Below, piece by piece: positions 9,059 to 10,498 of a stretch of 10,498 nt of DNA. How positions within the stretch are numbered: position 1 is the first letter of the stretch; each line of letters begins with the position of its first letter. The stretch covers positions 1 to 10,498 of the forward strand of contig JBJCIZ010001659.1 in NCBI GenBank assembly GCA_051294375.1, written 5' to 3'. The position numbers and the translations under genes were made by a program. The notes under the pieces are model-generated. The model saw only the letters and a list, made by a program, of their open reading frames with translations, ran no database searches and was not told the DNA's origin. This stretch comes from Paraspadella gotoi. Taxonomy: Eukaryota > Animalia > Chaetognatha.

Positions 9059-9283
9059 AAATATATATATAATATACGTTTTTAGATAGTTTATGAAAAA
9101 AAATCATTATTGCTACAATATGCAAAATTAGTGCATTATAAGCATTGAAATAAGTAAAGATTCAAATTGTTCTCTGGTACTGACGTTTTATGACCTCCCA
9201 AAAATAAAAAGTTAGTAATTTTAATTTTAAAAGGTGCTTTCCTCTCTAACAACTATTATTCTTTTTAATTATTTAATAAACAG

Positions 9284-9494
9284 AGTACGAAGGTTTAGTC
9301 ATTCTATTAAAAACTGAGTTACCTTCTCATCAAACAATCTCCTCCGCTGTCGCTTTTATGGTCGTCACGCCGTTGTTCAATCAGTTATGTTTGATGGAGG
9401 ATTTAAAGACGTGTCGAGCAAAAAACGTGAATCCAAGGTGAAGAAAACCTTGCGGCACAATTCATCAATCAATCCATCAAAATTTATATTATAG
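9284..9494 (+). CDS. Putative orphan exon
   Basis: Acceptor aataaacAG|9284. The phase-1 frame, YEGLVILLKTELPSHQTISSAVAFMVVTPLFNQLCLMEDLKTCRAKNVNPR*, is open to 9441. The phase-2 frame runs to 9494 with one TGA (9315). Confidence 0.22.
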
Positions 9495-9802
9495 AATTAT
9501 TTTGAAAAACTTTTATTGAAGCGCAATTAAACCGCAAATCAATATAAGCAAAATTGAGGACCCTCAAAGAATAATCAATTCGATCAATCAAAAGAAAATT
9601 CAAATTGAAAAATTAATAAATCAAATCCAGTTTAATCAAGCAATTGCCGCAACAATGTAAAATTTTAAAAACAATCATTCAGTTTTTCAAAATTTGGCAT
9701 TAATTAAATATGTTGATTTAATAGGAAAACGTCAAATCATTATAGATTCAAGTAATACTGCACAGTATGTAACAGCCTACCAAAAATATTATTGCTGGTT
9801 AT

Positions 9803-10071
9803 TCTAAGGTTATGGTGGAACTAAAAATCACCAAACCGTCTGCATCGAGCGGCCATTGGTTGGCCCGGAGCGCAAGTCATTCGCCTCCCAACCCAAAGCG
9901 TTCCGGGGGTTCTATCTCGGTGGTCGTCTGGCAAGTTAAGAGGGAACGGGGCGCTTTAACCGCTGTAAGCATAGGTGTTACAATGCCTGATCCCGAAGCT
10001 CAGGGACACTGTCATTACATTGAACGGTTTCTTGTCATTACACCTTTATAAATAATTACTGGTTATCTTCA
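9803..10071 (+). repeat. 5' LTR (~270 bp)
   Basis: Starts TCTAA (aligned with TGTAA in copy 2) and ends ...CTTCA. Shares colinear blocks with copy 2: TATGGTGG, ACTAAAAATC, CAAACCGT, GAGCGGCCAT, GCAAGTCATTC, CGCCTCCCAAC, GTCTGGCA, ACGGGGCGCTT, GGTGTTACA, CCTGATC. Confidence 0.75.
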
Positions 10072-10072
10072 T

Positions 10073-10090
10073 TGGTGAGCCCGACTGTCC
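10073..10090 (+). other. Primer-binding site, tRNA-Trp type
   Basis: TGGTGAGCCCGACTGT versus the canonical tRNA-Trp PBS TGGTGACCCCGACGTGAT: 12 of the first 13 nt match. It lies 1 nt after the LTR-terminal CA. Confidence 0.65.
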
Positions 10091-10262
10091 GAACATCAAC
10101 AGCAACAACAACAACCTTTCAGGAGACCTAGTGCCCAACCTGCGATGCACTTTTCCGCCCCAACACATATGGCACATGGCCTCAACTTGGTGACAGAACT
10201 TTCCTACCAACACGCGCACAACAAAGTTCACTGAAGCAGAACGCAACAGACTTCTCCCCTAC

Positions 10263-10280
10263 GGGAGGGGGGCGAAAAAA
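10263..10280 (+). other. Polypurine tract
   Basis: GGGAGGGGGGCGAAAAAA, ending 1 nt before the TGTAA start of the 3' LTR. Confidence 0.65.
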
Positions 10281-10281
10281 T

Positions 10282-10498
10282 TGTAATATGGTGGGACTAA
10301 AAATCCCCAAACCGTTCATCAGCGAGCGGCCATCTGGTGCCGGAGGCAAGTCATTCCGCCTCCCAACACCGACAAGGTCCCGCGGTTTCTATCCCGGTGT
10401 CTGTCTGGCATTTTAAGGGACGGGGCGCTTAACCCGGCCTGTAAACATGGTGTTACAGGCCCTGATCTCCGAGCTCAACTCTACCATTAAACGTCTGT
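10282..10498 (+). repeat. 3' LTR (partial)
   Basis: Begins TGTAA and is colinear with 9803 to ~10030. ATTAAA at 10486-10491. Confidence 0.75.

Larger units (their letters stand above)
9803..10498 (+). mobile_element. Miniature non-autonomous LTR retrotransposon (TRIM-like), cut by the window end
   Basis: Two diverged direct repeats (~9803-10071 and 10282 to beyond 10498) flank a 210-bp non-coding interior. The interior starts with a PBS and ends with a PPT. Confidence 0.72.

Noticed and set aside
4414-9317. Alternative genetic code explaining the internal stops
   Set aside because: TGA, TAG and TAA all occur internally and all also appear as apparent true stops. Decay or sequence error is simpler.
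1785-9494. GC islands as rRNA, tRNA, snRNA or spliced-leader RNA genes, or as CRISPR/integron-like cassettes
   Set aside because: No recognisable conserved RNA motifs, A/B boxes or SL1 sequence, and no repeat or attC-like site shared between islands.
1785-9494. FLYWCH or C2H2 zinc-finger variable exons as in mod(mdg4)/lola
   Set aside because: The required Cys/His spacing was not found in the frames I translated, so only the architecture is comparable.
9812-10246. ORFs 9812-10051 (+) and 10046-10246 (-)
   Set aside because: They lie in the LTR and interior. The frame is not preserved in the second LTR, and there are no gag/pol motifs.

Overview
AT-rich eukaryotic genomic DNA, probably invertebrate (inferred from the element types and short GT-AG introns). 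I recognise no conserved gene, rRNA, tRNA or CRISPR array. The two best-supported features are mobile elements at the window edges. One is a ~300-bp non-autonomous Helentron-type (HINE/DINE-1-like) element at 366-666 (- strand). The other is a miniature LTR retrotransposon (TRIM-like) from ~9803 to the window end, with two diverged LTRs, a tRNA-Trp-type primer-binding site and a polypurine tract. Between them (~1785-9494) lie about 13 GC-rich islands of 100-400 bp separated by very AT-rich or GA/CT-microsatellite spacers. Nearly every island has an open or nearly open + strand frame, preceded by a splice acceptor or TATA + ATG and often followed by AATAAA/ATTAAA. I read this as a partly decayed array of co-oriented orphan mini-genes or alternative terminal exons, possibly cargo of an endogenous virus or large transposon. 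That reading is inference: no protein family could be identified.
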